Origin: Candidatus Bathyarchaeia archaeon
Lineage (GTDB): Archaea > Thermoproteota > Bathyarchaeia > Bathyarchaeales > Bathycorpusculaceae
Reading direction: 5' to 3'
Length of the DNA stretch: 64,000 nucleotides
Assembly: GCA_038883795.1 (NCBI GenBank)
Contig: JAVZLK010000002.1
Coordinates: 108,491-172,490, forward strand
This document shows positions 21,624 to 31,293 of this stretch, one piece after another (within the stretch, counting starts at the first letter, position 1; every line of letters begins with the position of its first letter). The position numbers were made by a program, and so were the translations under genes. The notes below the pieces were generated by a model. It had not been told where the DNA came from and ran no database searches. It saw only the letters and a list, made by a program, of their open reading frames with translations.

Positions 21624-21756
21624 TTTCTTCAGATATTAGGTAGAAACCTTTTGAATAAAAACATACCTTCTATGGAGTTCCTAGTCAATTTATCTGCTGT
21701 CTTTTACCTAAATTGGATAGCCCCTCTAGATTTTTAGGTATGATGGCGAGCAAGTC

Positions 21757-22818
21757 CTAAAATAGAGCGTAGGGATAAGCGTATCCGCTTGGATGCAACT
21801 TACCCCTAATCGGAATTTCTTTTCCGCAAACTGGACAGCGCATATCTTTTGTTAAGTTCCACCTTGTAATCTCGAAGCTGAAGCGTTTAATCAGTAGCTC
21901 GTTGCAGCTTGGGCAATAAGTGTTTTCTGAGGGATGTCCGGGCGCGTTGCCTATGTAAACATAATTTAGTCCTTCATCCTTCGCAGCGACATAAGCCTTC
22001 TCTAAAGCTTCGATTGAGGTTGAGGGAATTGTTGTCAACTGATAATCTGGATGAAAACGCAGCAAATGAAAGGGCGTGTCTTTGCCAAGATTGTCCCTTA
22101 TCCAAGCTGCCAGCTCCTTCACTCTTTCAATGGAATCCCCAATCTTTGGCACAACAAGATTTGTAATTTCAATGTGAATGTCATTTCGCTTCATCTCTTT
22201 TAGGGCTTCATAAATTGGCTCAACAGATGGAACCGACGAAAAAGACTTGTAAAAATCTGGGTCTCCACCGCCTTTAAAATCTACGGTTGCAGCGTCCAAA
22301 TACGGCGCTATGGTTTTGACAGCTTCCGGCGTCATATACCCATTTGTTACGAAAGTGTTGAAAAACCCCACTTGATGAGCCAGCTTAGCCGTTTCATAGG
22401 CGTATTCAAAAAATATTGTTGGCTCCGTATAAGTGTAGCTTATTCCTTGGCATCCGTTGTCTCTTGCTGCCTTAACAACTTCTTCTGGTGGGAAATCTTT
22501 GCCCTCAATTTTTCTTTCTTGACTTATCATCCAGTTGTCGCAGAATTGGCAGCGGAAATTGCAGCCCACCGTTGCTATTGACATCACTAAGGCTCCAGGG
22601 TTAAAGTGCGATAGGGGTTTCTTTTCTATAGGGTCTACGCAGGCTGAAATAGCCTTAGCATAAACTAGCGAAAAAAGGGTTCCGTCAACGTTTTTTCTTA
22701 CTAAACAGAATCCGGTTCCACCATCTTTTATGATGCATCTTCTTCCGCATAAGTTACATTTAACCTTCTTACCCTCTAATTTTTCGTATAACATTGCCTC
22801 ATGTAATACGGATGCCAT
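21757..22818 (-). CDS. AmmeMemoRadiSam-system radical SAM enzyme
   Basis: CNLCGRRC, DPIEKKPL, GCNFRCQFCDN, YTYTEP, RFHPDY, YVYIGN. Confidence 0.9.
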   Translation of the reverse strand: MASVLHEAMLYEKLEGKKVKCNLCGRRCIIKDGGTGFCLVRKNVDGTLFSLVYAKAISACVDPIEKKPLSHFNPGALVMSIATVGCNFRCQFCDNWMISQERKIEGKDFPPEEVVKAARDNGCQGISYTYTEPTIFFEYAYETAKLAHQVGFFNTFVTNGYMTPEAVKTIAPYLDAATVDFKGGGDPDFYKSFSSVPSVEPIYEALKEMKRNDIHIEITNLVVPKIGDSIERVKELAAWIRDNLGKDTPFHLLRFHPDYQLTTIPSTSIEALEKAYVAAKDEGLNYVYIGNAPGHPSENTYCPSCNELLIKRFSFEITRWNLTKDMRCPVCGKEIPIRGKLHPSGYAYPYALF

Positions 22819-22853
22819 CTAACTATCTCCATAAACCTTTGGTTTAGCGTGGC

Positions 22854-23447
22854 TTATTTTGTTTGTCCCGCAGCCTTTTCTTTGACTTCGAAAACTAGGG
22901 GCGGAGAGGTGGTTTTTATGTCAATTTCTATGTTGAGCAAACCCTCCAAAAATCCAGCCCAAATTTCTGCTTCGTTGATAAATGGTGCTTTTATGAGAAT
23001 GTATTTGTCTTTTAGGTAGATGTCGCCGAACCCTTGAACCCTTAACCTTTTGAAAACTTCTTGCCATTTTTCGTGGTTGGCAGTTTGAATTCCCAATGTT
23101 GCTTCCATAGAAACTTTTGCAGCTTCACCCATTTTTACGCCTATTTCTCGCCATTTCTCCGTTGGAATGTTGTTTATGAGAATGTTAATTAACTCCACAT
23201 TTATGAATGCCATGCGGCTAATGCCACAATAACATTCGCCTGGAAACCGCCAATCATAAATCATCATACTCCTATAGACATCAAGCAATTTAGAAATAAG
23301 CGGCTTTATGCCCGGCTCCTTTCCCTCCCTAATTAATGAGTCGATGAATTCTCTTTCCTCTTTCTCCAGAATTATCGTTGTTCTTTTGGCTGTTTCTTCG
23401 CTTTTCTTCATGATTTCTTCAAGCTTCTTCTTTTCGTTTTCTTGCAT
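22854..23447 (-). CDS. Putative regulator: RHH-like N-terminus plus V4R/H-NOX-like domain
   Basis: KRTTIILEKEEREFI strand-helix; IGVKMGEAAK...QGFG...AGFLEGLL pattern. Confidence 0.55.
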   Translation of the reverse strand: MQENEKKKLEEIMKKSEETAKRTTIILEKEEREFIDSLIREGKEPGIKPLISKLLDVYRSMMIYDWRFPGECYCGISRMAFINVELINILINNIPTEKWREIGVKMGEAAKVSMEATLGIQTANHEKWQEVFKRLRVQGFGDIYLKDKYILIKAPFINEAEIWAGFLEGLLNIEIDIKTTSPPLVFEVKEKAAGQTK

Positions 23448-23454
23448 AACTATT

Positions 23455-23480
23455 ATATCTTATAGCATATCTTATATGCT
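23455..23480. promoter_or_regulatory. Operator-like direct and inverted repeat upstream of the 22854-23447 gene
   Basis: ATATCTTATA at 23455 and 23467; inverted repeat AGCATAT-ctt-ATATGCT at 23464-23480. Confidence 0.45.
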
Positions 23481-23540
23481 TTGCTAACTTGTCATACGCA
23501 ACCGAACAATTTTTAACGTGGCAAATTCTCTTTATATTTT

Positions 23541-23595
23541 GCCGATGAAGAATTTACTCGTCTGAAAAGATGATGCACCCTGGGGTATCTGAGGC
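23541..23595 (+). ncRNA. Putative box C/D guide sRNA
   Basis: gcc-g-ATGAAGA(C)-10 nt-CTGA(D')-aaag-ATGATGC(C')-12 nt-CTGA(D)-ggc; GCC/GGC terminal stem; intergenic. Confidence 0.75.
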
Positions 23596-23835
23596 TTAAG
23601 AAACAACTCCCTTTCTAATCAGATACCATATGAGCACTAAACCCGCTATGAAAAGGGCAAATCCGGAAATCATTGAAACAGCAAAGTCTATTTCAAAAAC
23701 AATGTTAAGCACATAAACCGCATATGGTCCCCCAAAAGTTAGGATAGCCGCCAAAATCAGTAAAAAGGTTCTCCAAAACTTTGAGCTCAAATCAAACTTC
23801 CGAGCTTCCTTTATTACTCGTTTTTCCTCGCCCAT
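23596..23835 (-). CDS. Small two-TM membrane protein
   Basis: 79 aa with two hydrophobic helices. Confidence 0.65.
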   Translation of the reverse strand: MGEEKRVIKEARKFDLSSKFWRTFLLILAAILTFGGPYAVYVLNIVFEIDFAVSMISGFALFIAGLVLIWYLIRKGVVS

Positions 23836-23877
23836 GCATCCACTTTCCTTTTAACCATTTTAATTTGGGATTTTCTC

Positions 23878-24522
23878 TTATAACCCTTCCTTTACCTCAT
23901 TACCAAAGGCTTTCATGAGAAATTTAAAAACTGCAAAGCCCGCCCCTCGGTCTGCCCTAAAACCGCTGGTGGCGCCTAATAGGCATACGCCTTCTAAGCC
24001 TCGTTCCTTTGCAAGTCCCAACAATAAGCCCGTAGCTCCCACAATACGGCCTTTGCTATATATTACTGCGCCCTTCTCCATAAACTCCGCCGCCAGTCTT
24101 GGCGAAGTGGCAGCCACATAAACCTCCGCCTTATCGCTTGCCATGGGGATTCCGCCGATTGTTGTGATGAAGCTGCAGCCATATTTTTTAACAAAATCCA
24201 AAATTTCATTGCAAAGCATATAATGCGCAACAACATCATCGAAGGAAGGTTGTGTATCTCCCGTCATTATAATGAAATCGTTTTTCTCCATAGGGGCAGC
24301 ATAAAACTCATAGCGGGGCAAGTGGCAGATTCCCCTAGAATTTACGGAAACATAATCCGGAAAAGAAGGCGAATACAACTCAGCAAAAGGTTTAGCCCCG
24401 CAAAACTTTATCAAAAGATGCGCCGCAATCTTCCCCACATTCCCAAAACCAGGAAGCCCCTCAACAAAAATTGGGCTCTCAAGAACTGGATTGAATATTT
24501 GACGGAAATAGGGCTTATCCAT
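23878..24522 (-). CDS. PAC2-family proteasome assembly chaperone-like protein
   Basis: VEGLPGFGNVGKIAA, TGDTQP, IVGATGLLLG, CLLGAT. Confidence 0.88.
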   Translation of the reverse strand: MDKPYFRQIFNPVLESPIFVEGLPGFGNVGKIAAHLLIKFCGAKPFAELYSPSFPDYVSVNSRGICHLPRYEFYAAPMEKNDFIIMTGDTQPSFDDVVAHYMLCNEILDFVKKYGCSFITTIGGIPMASDKAEVYVAATSPRLAAEFMEKGAVIYSKGRIVGATGLLLGLAKERGLEGVCLLGATSGFRADRGAGFAVFKFLMKAFGNEVKEGL

Positions 24523-24621
24523 AGAGCATCAGCTAAACACCATAAGGAAATTGCAACTAAAAGCTTTTACTAAATGACTTTCCCAAAAAGATTTAAGAAA
24601 GATTTTAACCAGCAATAAAGT

Positions 24622-24728
24622 AGCGGGGTGGGGTAGCCAGGATTAACCCGCTGGGCTCATAACCCAGAGATCGGTCGTTCAAAAAGAGGTCAAGCCTTGA
24701 CCTCTTGAAAGTCGACCCCCCGCTACCA
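24622..24728 (+). tRNA. Initiator tRNA-Met(CAT) with a 28-nt intron at 59/60 (24684-24711); CCA encoded
   Basis: A1-U72 acceptor AGCGGGG/CCCCGCT; anticodon arm CTGGG-CTCATAA-CCCAG (three G-C pairs); T stem GGTCG/CGACC; splicing restores the TTCAAAT loop. Confidence 0.93.
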
Positions 24729-24801
24729 AAATCCGCCATTATTAATTTGGAAAGTATGAAAAGAGTTTGGAATGAAAATCAGATGGTTTTTGCGTTACTG
24801 G

Positions 24802-25023
24802 TTATTTTGAGAATGAAAATCCAGTGAGTCGCTCGTTTTCTTTGTAGACGATGCTTCCATTGACAGTTAGATTTTCAACTTGAAGTAATGAGTGCATAAG
24901 CTTTGCTTCTTCAATTTTTTGCTTAAGCTGCTTTCGTATTTTTTCAAGTAATCTAATTCTTTCGGGATTATGCATTTCCAAAAGGTCAACTTTTTTGGCT
25001 TTCTTTTTGTTTTGTGCAGCCAT
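24802..25023 (-). CDS. Small basic hypothetical protein
   Basis: 73-aa ATG-initiated ORF filling the intergenic gap; no motif recognised. Confidence 0.45.
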   Translation of the reverse strand: MAAQNKKKAKKVDLLEMHNPERIRLLEKIRKQLKQKIEEAKLMHSLLQVENLTVNGSIVYKENERLTGFSFSK

Positions 25024-25214
25024 TTCTATTCGCCTGCCTATGAATAACCAGTGTCGTATATCTTAATAAATTCGTTCTTTCAGCTTTCTGCATATATCAA
25101 AAGGTGACATATATAGGAAGAAAAGCCCAAAATGTTAGTCTCACTATTATTTGACGGTTAGGAAATTATTCGAGACATAAAAAAGGGGAAGGAGAAGTTT
25201 TGGAATCGCTATTT

Positions 25215-28200
25215 TTATGCTGGACAATGTTTGCCGAAGCCGCCTTTATATGTCGAAATGGAAATAATTGTTTCAGAGTATATGCTTCCAGTTGTTAAGT
25301 CGTAGTAAACTATAAATCCTGTTCCTTTAGCTTGTTGTGAAGCTGTTAGGGTTAATGTTTGTGTTCCGTATGGCGTTAGAATGAAACTGTCTGGAGCCAG
25401 CGTAACTCCATCTAAGGGTTTGAATCTTAAACCTCCAACATTCATTGTATAGTCTTGGCTTCCTGGTTCATGTATGGTGATTATGGCTGTCCAATAGCCT
25501 ATTGTTGGATCTGTGATTGTTATTGTTTGTCCTTTTGTGGTTACTTGTCCGCGGTTAGCTCCAGCTGGGTCGTAGAGGGTTAGGTGAAGTACATGGTCTC
25601 CTGTCCAGTCAAGGGATGCGGTTAACGTTATCATGTCTGGTGTTACTGGAATTAACCATGCATCATAGCCAACGTTTGTCCAGTCAAATGAGTATACTGT
25701 GCCTAGAACTTGTTCTGTGAATGTTTCTGTTTGAAATGATAGAATCATTGTTTGGACATTTACATACCCGGGTATGTTGTTTGAAACCATGAATGTTTTG
25801 CTGGTTGCTGGTTTTAGGGAAAGATAATCTGGCGTGTTTATTGGTTTACCTTGTTTTAGTGTTATTTTTAGAGTTTCGCTGAATATGTCGCCAAAGTATA
25901 TGGCGTGGATTCCGATGTACCAGTAGCCCGGGTAGAGGCAGAAGGTTGAAAGAAGCTCCATTGTTGTTCCAGTTGTAGTGTACCAGTATTGTCCGCCGCC
26001 TTGCGGTCGCACTATTTCAACAAAAGGAGCATAGGATAGGGCTTCAACTTCACCGTCTGGGGCGATGAGGAAAACGTCGAAGTCTGCATCTGGATAAGTC
26101 CATTCAACTGTAAGCATTATGTGTCCAATAGTACAGACTTTTACTGGTAAGTATATCCAATCGCCTGAAGCAGTAGCTCTTGGTTCGTTAACGACATTGG
26201 CTTCAACGTAAAACGTCTGTCCAAGTTTGGCTGGAACAGTAACAACTATTGGTATTGTGATTTGTGCGCCGTTGCATGTAACTTTCACAAATCCGCTGTA
26301 GCTGCCTGGGGCTGTGTTTTTTGGAACCGAGATTTTAGTAAATAACTGTTTACCCATAATGGTTGTAGAGATCCAGTTCCAAGCAACGAATCTATAAAAT
26401 GTTATTTTTACGTCAACAGGCTCAACAGTTAAGCCTCTATATGGGTTCCATATCCAAAGCACATAGCTTCCAGGCGTAACTCTGGCGTTGAACCACTGAA
26501 TGTTTGTGTGGGCGTATGCATAGTTTATCAATATCCATCTTCCGTCTTCCTCGACCCGGTAGAGCGCCGTGTTAAGATGTATGTCCGTCCAGGTGCTTCC
26601 ATCATACTCTTTTACTGGGCATCCATAGGCATATTCAGGCGGAAACTTCAGTTTTACATCCGCAAATTCGGTTCCTTCTGGAATTTCAAAGGGTAGGAAT
26701 GTGCCTGGATATGGTATGGATAAGTCTTCGAAGGATATGGAATTAAACATCTCAAGTTTGGTTGTATATGCACTGTCAATGTTATCTGTGAAAGTGGACT
26801 TTGCCATGTAACTGCACCCAGCTGAAAGGGTCGCTTCTATGGCATCTGTGTCAGAGTATGGGCGTTCACTTAGCGCAGCTAAAACTGCTTGTTCTGCGTC
26901 TACACGACCTGCTCCTTGACGAGTTGCCGGATAACCAAGGTCTTTTGCAGTGTTCATGAGTATTTCTTTTACACCTGCTGGTGATGGAGAAGTACCGTGG
27001 GCTTGCCTATAGGCTTGAATTACTAATGCGCCTACTCCTGCAGCTATTGGTGTTGCCATGCTTGTTCCACCGAACTGAAGCCATAGATAGTATGGATAAG
27101 TATCCAATGTGAAGCCCCATGCGCCGATTGCGCATACGTCTGGGTCTATTCTACCGTCTGCTGTAGGGCCTCCACTGCTCCAGAATATTAACTGGTCGTT
27201 TTCATAGCCGTCTGCAGGCCATGTTGGCCAGTAACCAAGCCACCAATATACAAAAGAGTTTTCTGTTGAAGCCCCAACTGTGATAACGCTTTTACCACAG
27301 CCAGCACAAGAAACTGTGCCGAGGCCTTGGCTGTTGCCTGCAGCAACAAAGCAAGCTACCCCTCGTTTAGTAGCAGCATCCAACGCCAAACATGTTGGGT
27401 CATTTCCATCGTTTGGAATTTCTAATCCCCCGAGGCTCATGCTGATTATGTCTGCTCCACTTTCAACAGCCCACTCGATGCCCTCAATAATCCAAGAATC
27501 CCAGCCCCAACCAGCATCCGTGAGAACTTTTCCTCCAATGATTTTGGCTCCTGGAGCAACACCCAAAACCTTAAAGTATATGCCTGGCACGCCCAAGTCC
27601 CAATCCACAATGCCTTGGGCAGCAACACATCCAGCGCATGCTGTTCCATGTCCGTAACCATCGTGTGGAAACACGTCCTCCTCACTTGTAAACACTTTGT
27701 AGTCAATGACAACGCCTTCCAGGTCTGGGTGTTCATAGAAAATTCCAGTGTCCAAGATAGCCACGGTAACGCCTGAACCATCAATTCCCATTTCCCAAGC
27801 CTTGTCTGCGCCTATCCAGAATGGAAACTGCGAATACCAATATGGATAAGTTTCGATGAAGTTTTCAATTGCAATTTCGCTGTCGTCTGATTGTGGAACT
27901 GGAATCAGATATCTCTTCTCATCCAACAGAATTCTATCCACGTCAACAAGCGCTGTCAAAGCTGGAATCTTGTCTGCTGGAAGCGAAACTGAAATAGCGT
28001 TTATAATGTCATGTTCAGCATTAATTACTCCGCCCAAGCCACGGATACAATCCAAAGCTGCAGTTTTACTAACACCATCTTTCAGGACAACAACAACACG
28101 ATACTCGCCAGCGGGTTCCATTTGAATCTGAGCGCGAAGATCAGGCTCCAGCTTGTCAAGATTAACCCTCATAGTAATTCCCGACGCCCTAACATTAGGA

Positions 28201-28277
28201 ATCGGCGTAAAGGCAACTAAACTTAGTAAAATCGTTGCAACCACTAATGTTGAGACTATTTTCTTATTCAAATTCAT
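25215..28277 (-). CDS. Secreted subtilisin-like S8 serine protease with I9-like propeptide and C-terminal PPC-like beta domains
   Basis: Signal peptide; AILDTG (Asp), GHGTACAG (His), AAGN, GGTSMATP (Ser); DADFDVFLIAPDG and LYDPAG PPC-like motifs. Confidence 0.93.
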   Translation of the reverse strand: MNLNKKIVSTLVVATILLSLVAFTPIPNVRASGITMRVNLDKLEPDLRAQIQMEPAGEYRVVVVLKDGVSKTAALDCIRGLGGVINAEHDIINAISVSLPADKIPALTALVDVDRILLDEKRYLIPVPQSDDSEIAIENFIETYPYWYSQFPFWIGADKAWEMGIDGSGVTVAILDTGIFYEHPDLEGVVIDYKVFTSEEDVFPHDGYGHGTACAGCVAAQGIVDWDLGVPGIYFKVLGVAPGAKIIGGKVLTDAGWGWDSWIIEGIEWAVESGADIISMSLGGLEIPNDGNDPTCLALDAATKRGVACFVAAGNSQGLGTVSCAGCGKSVITVGASTENSFVYWWLGYWPTWPADGYENDQLIFWSSGGPTADGRIDPDVCAIGAWGFTLDTYPYYLWLQFGGTSMATPIAAGVGALVIQAYRQAHGTSPSPAGVKEILMNTAKDLGYPATRQGAGRVDAEQAVLAALSERPYSDTDAIEATLSAGCSYMAKSTFTDNIDSAYTTKLEMFNSISFEDLSIPYPGTFLPFEIPEGTEFADVKLKFPPEYAYGCPVKEYDGSTWTDIHLNTALYRVEEDGRWILINYAYAHTNIQWFNARVTPGSYVLWIWNPYRGLTVEPVDVKITFYRFVAWNWISTTIMGKQLFTKISVPKNTAPGSYSGFVKVTCNGAQITIPIVVTVPAKLGQTFYVEANVVNEPRATASGDWIYLPVKVCTIGHIMLTVEWTYPDADFDVFLIAPDGEVEALSYAPFVEIVRPQGGGQYWYTTTGTTMELLSTFCLYPGYWYIGIHAIYFGDIFSETLKITLKQGKPINTPDYLSLKPATSKTFMVSNNIPGYVNVQTMILSFQTETFTEQVLGTVYSFDWTNVGYDAWLIPVTPDMITLTASLDWTGDHVLHLTLYDPAGANRGQVTTKGQTITITDPTIGYWTAIITIHEPGSQDYTMNVGGLRFKPLDGVTLAPDSFILTPYGTQTLTLTASQQAKGTGFIVYYDLTTGSIYSETIISISTYKGGFGKHCPA

Positions 28278-28508
28278 CCACCTCAGAATCTTTCCTTTTC
28301 TCCCCTTTTCTGCAACTCTTTTTTAGCGATTTCTAAATTTATATTTTACGGAAATATGTTCTAGTCATCACACATGCTTAAAATTATCCTAGAATGAGAT
28401 TTTTACATCAGTAAAAAGAAATTCTGAAGGAGAATTAATAAATAATTAGAATCAAAAGAAACAGAATAGACGCACCAAACTTTAAATCCAAAGCAAGGTA
28501 AGATTAAA

Positions 28509-30035
28509 ATGCATGTTGACGCCTTGGAAAATGCGTTACTCTCGGTTACCATTAATCCTATTCTTAAATCGTTAATTGGCATGTTCGACGAAAAATGCCT
28601 TGCAGATGGAAGCTTACTTCTAAATTCTCTGAAAGACTTCTTAGGCGCACCAGTCCCTCTCTGCCTGAGATGCCAACATATAAGCAACAAACTAGCCAAA
28701 CCATTTTATGAGCTTGGAAGTCGTTTTTTGCGTGTTGATAAAAATTTCATGCGTAATCAGTTTCTTAATCAGGAGTATGGTGAGGCTTGGTTGAGAGGTT
28801 TTGGTTTAATGATGAAGGGTATTGAAAAGTATGGTGTGCGTGTTCCCTTCACGCCGGCTGGTCCTTTTGAAATTGTTTGGAATTTTACCTATCAATGTAA
28901 TTTGAGATGTAAACATTGTTATGAAAATGCTGGTGGCGGAAAACGTCCAGAGCTTTCAACAGAAGAAGCCAAACAAGTCTTGGATATTCTTTCAAAAATT
29001 GCGGGCATTGGCTTGCCAGCCCTATCCTTTAGCGGAGGCGAACCCCTCGCTAGAAAGGATTTCTTTGAGCTTGCAGCTTACGCCAAAAAACGCATAGGAT
29101 ATGTGAGTATAGCCTCCAATGGAACCCTCATCACCAAGGATAATGCGAGAAGGATTAAGGATGTTGGAATTGATTATGCGGAAATAAGCATTGACGGCGC
29201 CACGCCAAGCGTACATGACGAGTTTAGGGGCATACCGGGCGCTTTTGAAAGAGCTATGGAAGGCGTTAAAAATTGTGTGGAAGCGGGCGTAGATACGTGT
29301 ATTGCAACAACCATACATCGAGATAATCTATCTGAACTCGGCAAATTGATAGAACTGTCTAAGCAGTTGGGCGTAAGATTTATGCATTTTAATTACATCC
29401 CGACTGGAAGGGCTAAAGCCTATGTTGAATTAGACCTAACTCCAGACGAAAGGCTTTATGTGCTGGAGACAATAGGGAAAGAAATAATTGGGTTGTATTT
29501 ACAAGCGAAAGAGGAAGAACTGAAAAGTGGAAAATCAAACATCAAAGTTGACAGGTTTTTCAGCACATGTCCTCAATACGCTAGCGTAACAAAAGAGCTT
29601 TCAAAACAGTTTGGCGAGAAATTTATGGTTGAAGCCCACTACGCGGCAAAAAAAGGTGTAGAAAGCGTGGCAAACTTTTTGGGCGGATGCGGAGCTGGAC
29701 GCTTATACTGTTGTCTTGAACCAAACGGTGACATAAAACCCTGCGTTTTCTTCCCCACAAACAGCGACACAGTTTTGGGTAACATACTGAAAGACGATTT
29801 TGAAGAGATATGGGATAAACATCCACTTTTATGGAAGCTTCGCATAAGAGAAAACCTTAAAGACTACATTGTTGACGGAAAAAGGATTGGTTGCGGAAGC
29901 TGCTCAGAAAAATATATATGCGGGGGCTGCCGAGCAAGAGCCTACAGCTATTTCAATGGAAACGTGAACACGCCAGATATTGGATGTATCCATAACAAGC
30001 CTTTATGGGAAAAAATAGTTGGAAATAAAAGGTAA
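28509..30035 (+). CDS. Radical SAM/SPASM domain protein
   Basis: CNLRCKHC, SGGEPL, GCGAGR...PC, CGSC...CGGCRARA...C. Confidence 0.92.
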   Translation: MHVDALENALLSVTINPILKSLIGMFDEKCLADGSLLLNSLKDFLGAPVPLCLRCQHISNKLAKPFYELGSRFLRVDKNFMRNQFLNQEYGEAWLRGFGLMMKGIEKYGVRVPFTPAGPFEIVWNFTYQCNLRCKHCYENAGGGKRPELSTEEAKQVLDILSKIAGIGLPALSFSGGEPLARKDFFELAAYAKKRIGYVSIASNGTLITKDNARRIKDVGIDYAEISIDGATPSVHDEFRGIPGAFERAMEGVKNCVEAGVDTCIATTIHRDNLSELGKLIELSKQLGVRFMHFNYIPTGRAKAYVELDLTPDERLYVLETIGKEIIGLYLQAKEEELKSGKSNIKVDRFFSTCPQYASVTKELSKQFGEKFMVEAHYAAKKGVESVANFLGGCGAGRLYCCLEPNGDIKPCVFFPTNSDTVLGNILKDDFEEIWDKHPLLWKLRIRENLKDYIVDGKRIGCGSCSEKYICGGCRARAYSYFNGNVNTPDIGCIHNKPLWEKIVGNKR

Positions 30036-30043
30036 TTTAGCGT

Positions 30044-30241
30044 TTAGGCTTTTCCCTTCTCCTCTTTGCCGAAGTACTTTGTCCACTTAAGTTTTCTTGC
30101 ATCCCGTCCTAATTTCAAGGAGCTTTTTCTGCATTTGCTTGAACAAAACCACAAAGTTGACCCATCATTTCTAACGTACATTATGCCTGTTCCCGCTGGG
30201 AATTCGTTGCCGCAAAAGGAACATTTTCTCGGTTTAGGCAA
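30044..30241 (-). CDS. rpl24e: 50S ribosomal protein L24e
   Basis: CSFCG...GTG.MYVRNDG...FCSSKC...KWT. Confidence 0.96.
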   Translation of the reverse strand: MPKPRKCSFCGNEFPAGTGIMYVRNDGSTLWFCSSKCRKSSLKLGRDARKLKWTKYFGKEEKGKA

Positions 30242-30273
30242 AGTTAAACCCCTCTTGTTGACTTGAATTTTGA

Positions 30274-30501
30274 TTATCTTGTGATTTTCTTTGCTTCCCT
30301 TTCCGTTTCTCTAAGCATTAATATGTCTTGAACTCGCACTGGTCCCTTAACATTTCGCGTTATTATGCGTCCCTTGTCTTTTCCCTCTAAAATGCGAACC
30401 CTAACTTGGGTAATTTCGCCTGTTACGCCTGTCCGCCCAATAATTTGAATAACTTCTGCTGGAGTTATTTCCTCCGCAGCCTCTTTTTCTTCTTTGCTCA
30501 T
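30274..30501 (-). CDS. rps28e: 30S ribosomal protein S28e
   Basis: [15 protein letters not shown]...RNVKGPVR...ETEREA. Confidence 0.97.
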   Translation of the reverse strand: MSKEEKEAAEEITPAEVIQIIGRTGVTGEITQVRVRILEGKDKGRIITRNVKGPVRVQDILMLRETEREAKKITR

Positions 30502-30881
30502 CACTTGGCTCCTCTTTTCAAAGTTTCAACCCTTGAAATTATCTCTTTAACTAATCCCGCAGCATCTCCTTCCTTAACTATGCATGCCGAAGCAGCTGAA
30601 ACATCTATGCCTATGGAACTGCCTATTTTCTCCTTGCTTGGAACAAAAACGTATGGGATTTTTCTTTCTTCGCATAAAAGCGGCAGATGAGCTACAACTT
30701 CTGGAGGGTCAACATCTTCCGCTATCACAACAAGTTTTGCTTGGGCTCTTTCAACAGCCTTCGTGGTTTCATTTGTTCCTTTCCTAACTATTCCAGTTTT
30801 TGCGGCTATTTGGAGGGCTTCATAGGCTGCATCTGCAATTTCTTTCGGGACCTCAAATTTTACGTAAAAGGGTTTTGACAT
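30501..30881 (-). CDS. rpl7ae: 50S ribosomal protein L7Ae
   Basis: [27 protein letters not shown]. Confidence 0.97.
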   Translation of the reverse strand: MSKPFYVKFEVPKEIADAAYEALQIAAKTGIVRKGTNETTKAVERAQAKLVVIAEDVDPPEVVAHLPLLCEERKIPYVFVPSKEKIGSSIGIDVSAASACIVKEGDAAGLVKEIISRVETLKRGAK

Positions 30882-31044
30882 TAGCCTCACCCGTCAAATC
30901 CACAAAGTTAACATTACTTATTTATGAAGGTTTCGACTAAAATTGGGGCAATATGAGGCTTTAAGCCCAAATTGAAGTAGAAAGGTTTATATAAAATGCT
31001 TTGGTTTGAACCATTCTGCTTTTCCGTGAGGGGAATTTAAAAGT

Positions 31045-31293
31045 TTGCAGAGAATAGGCCGAGTTCTCCACCTAAGTTCAAGCCGAAACCTTATAATAAA
31101 AATTGAAAGTAGCGCTCCAAAAATCGGCGAAACAGTTGTTGACGAAAATTTAACGCCTGTTGGAAAGGTTTTTGACATTTTCGGTCCAGTTTCCTCGCCC
31201 TATGCAGTAGTAAAGCCAACCTTGCGAGAAGCTGAGAAATTGGCGGGTAAGGTGTTGTATGTTTTCCCCTCTAAAGGAGAAAGGAGAAGATGA
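31045..31293 (+). CDS. gar1: H/ACA RNP subunit Gar1/Naf1
   Basis: IGRVLH...[15 protein letters not shown]; typical position upstream of tfb. Confidence 0.88.
   Translation: MQRIGRVLHLSSSRNLIIKIESSAPKIGETVVDENLTPVGKVFDIFGPVSSPYAVVKPTLREAEKLAGKVLYVFPSKGERRR

Noticed and set aside
28283-28371. Minus-strand GTGATGA ... CTGA resembling a C/D sRNA
   Set aside because: Spacing too long, no internal D'/C' boxes, and the CTGA is part of the subtilase SD (GAGGTG).
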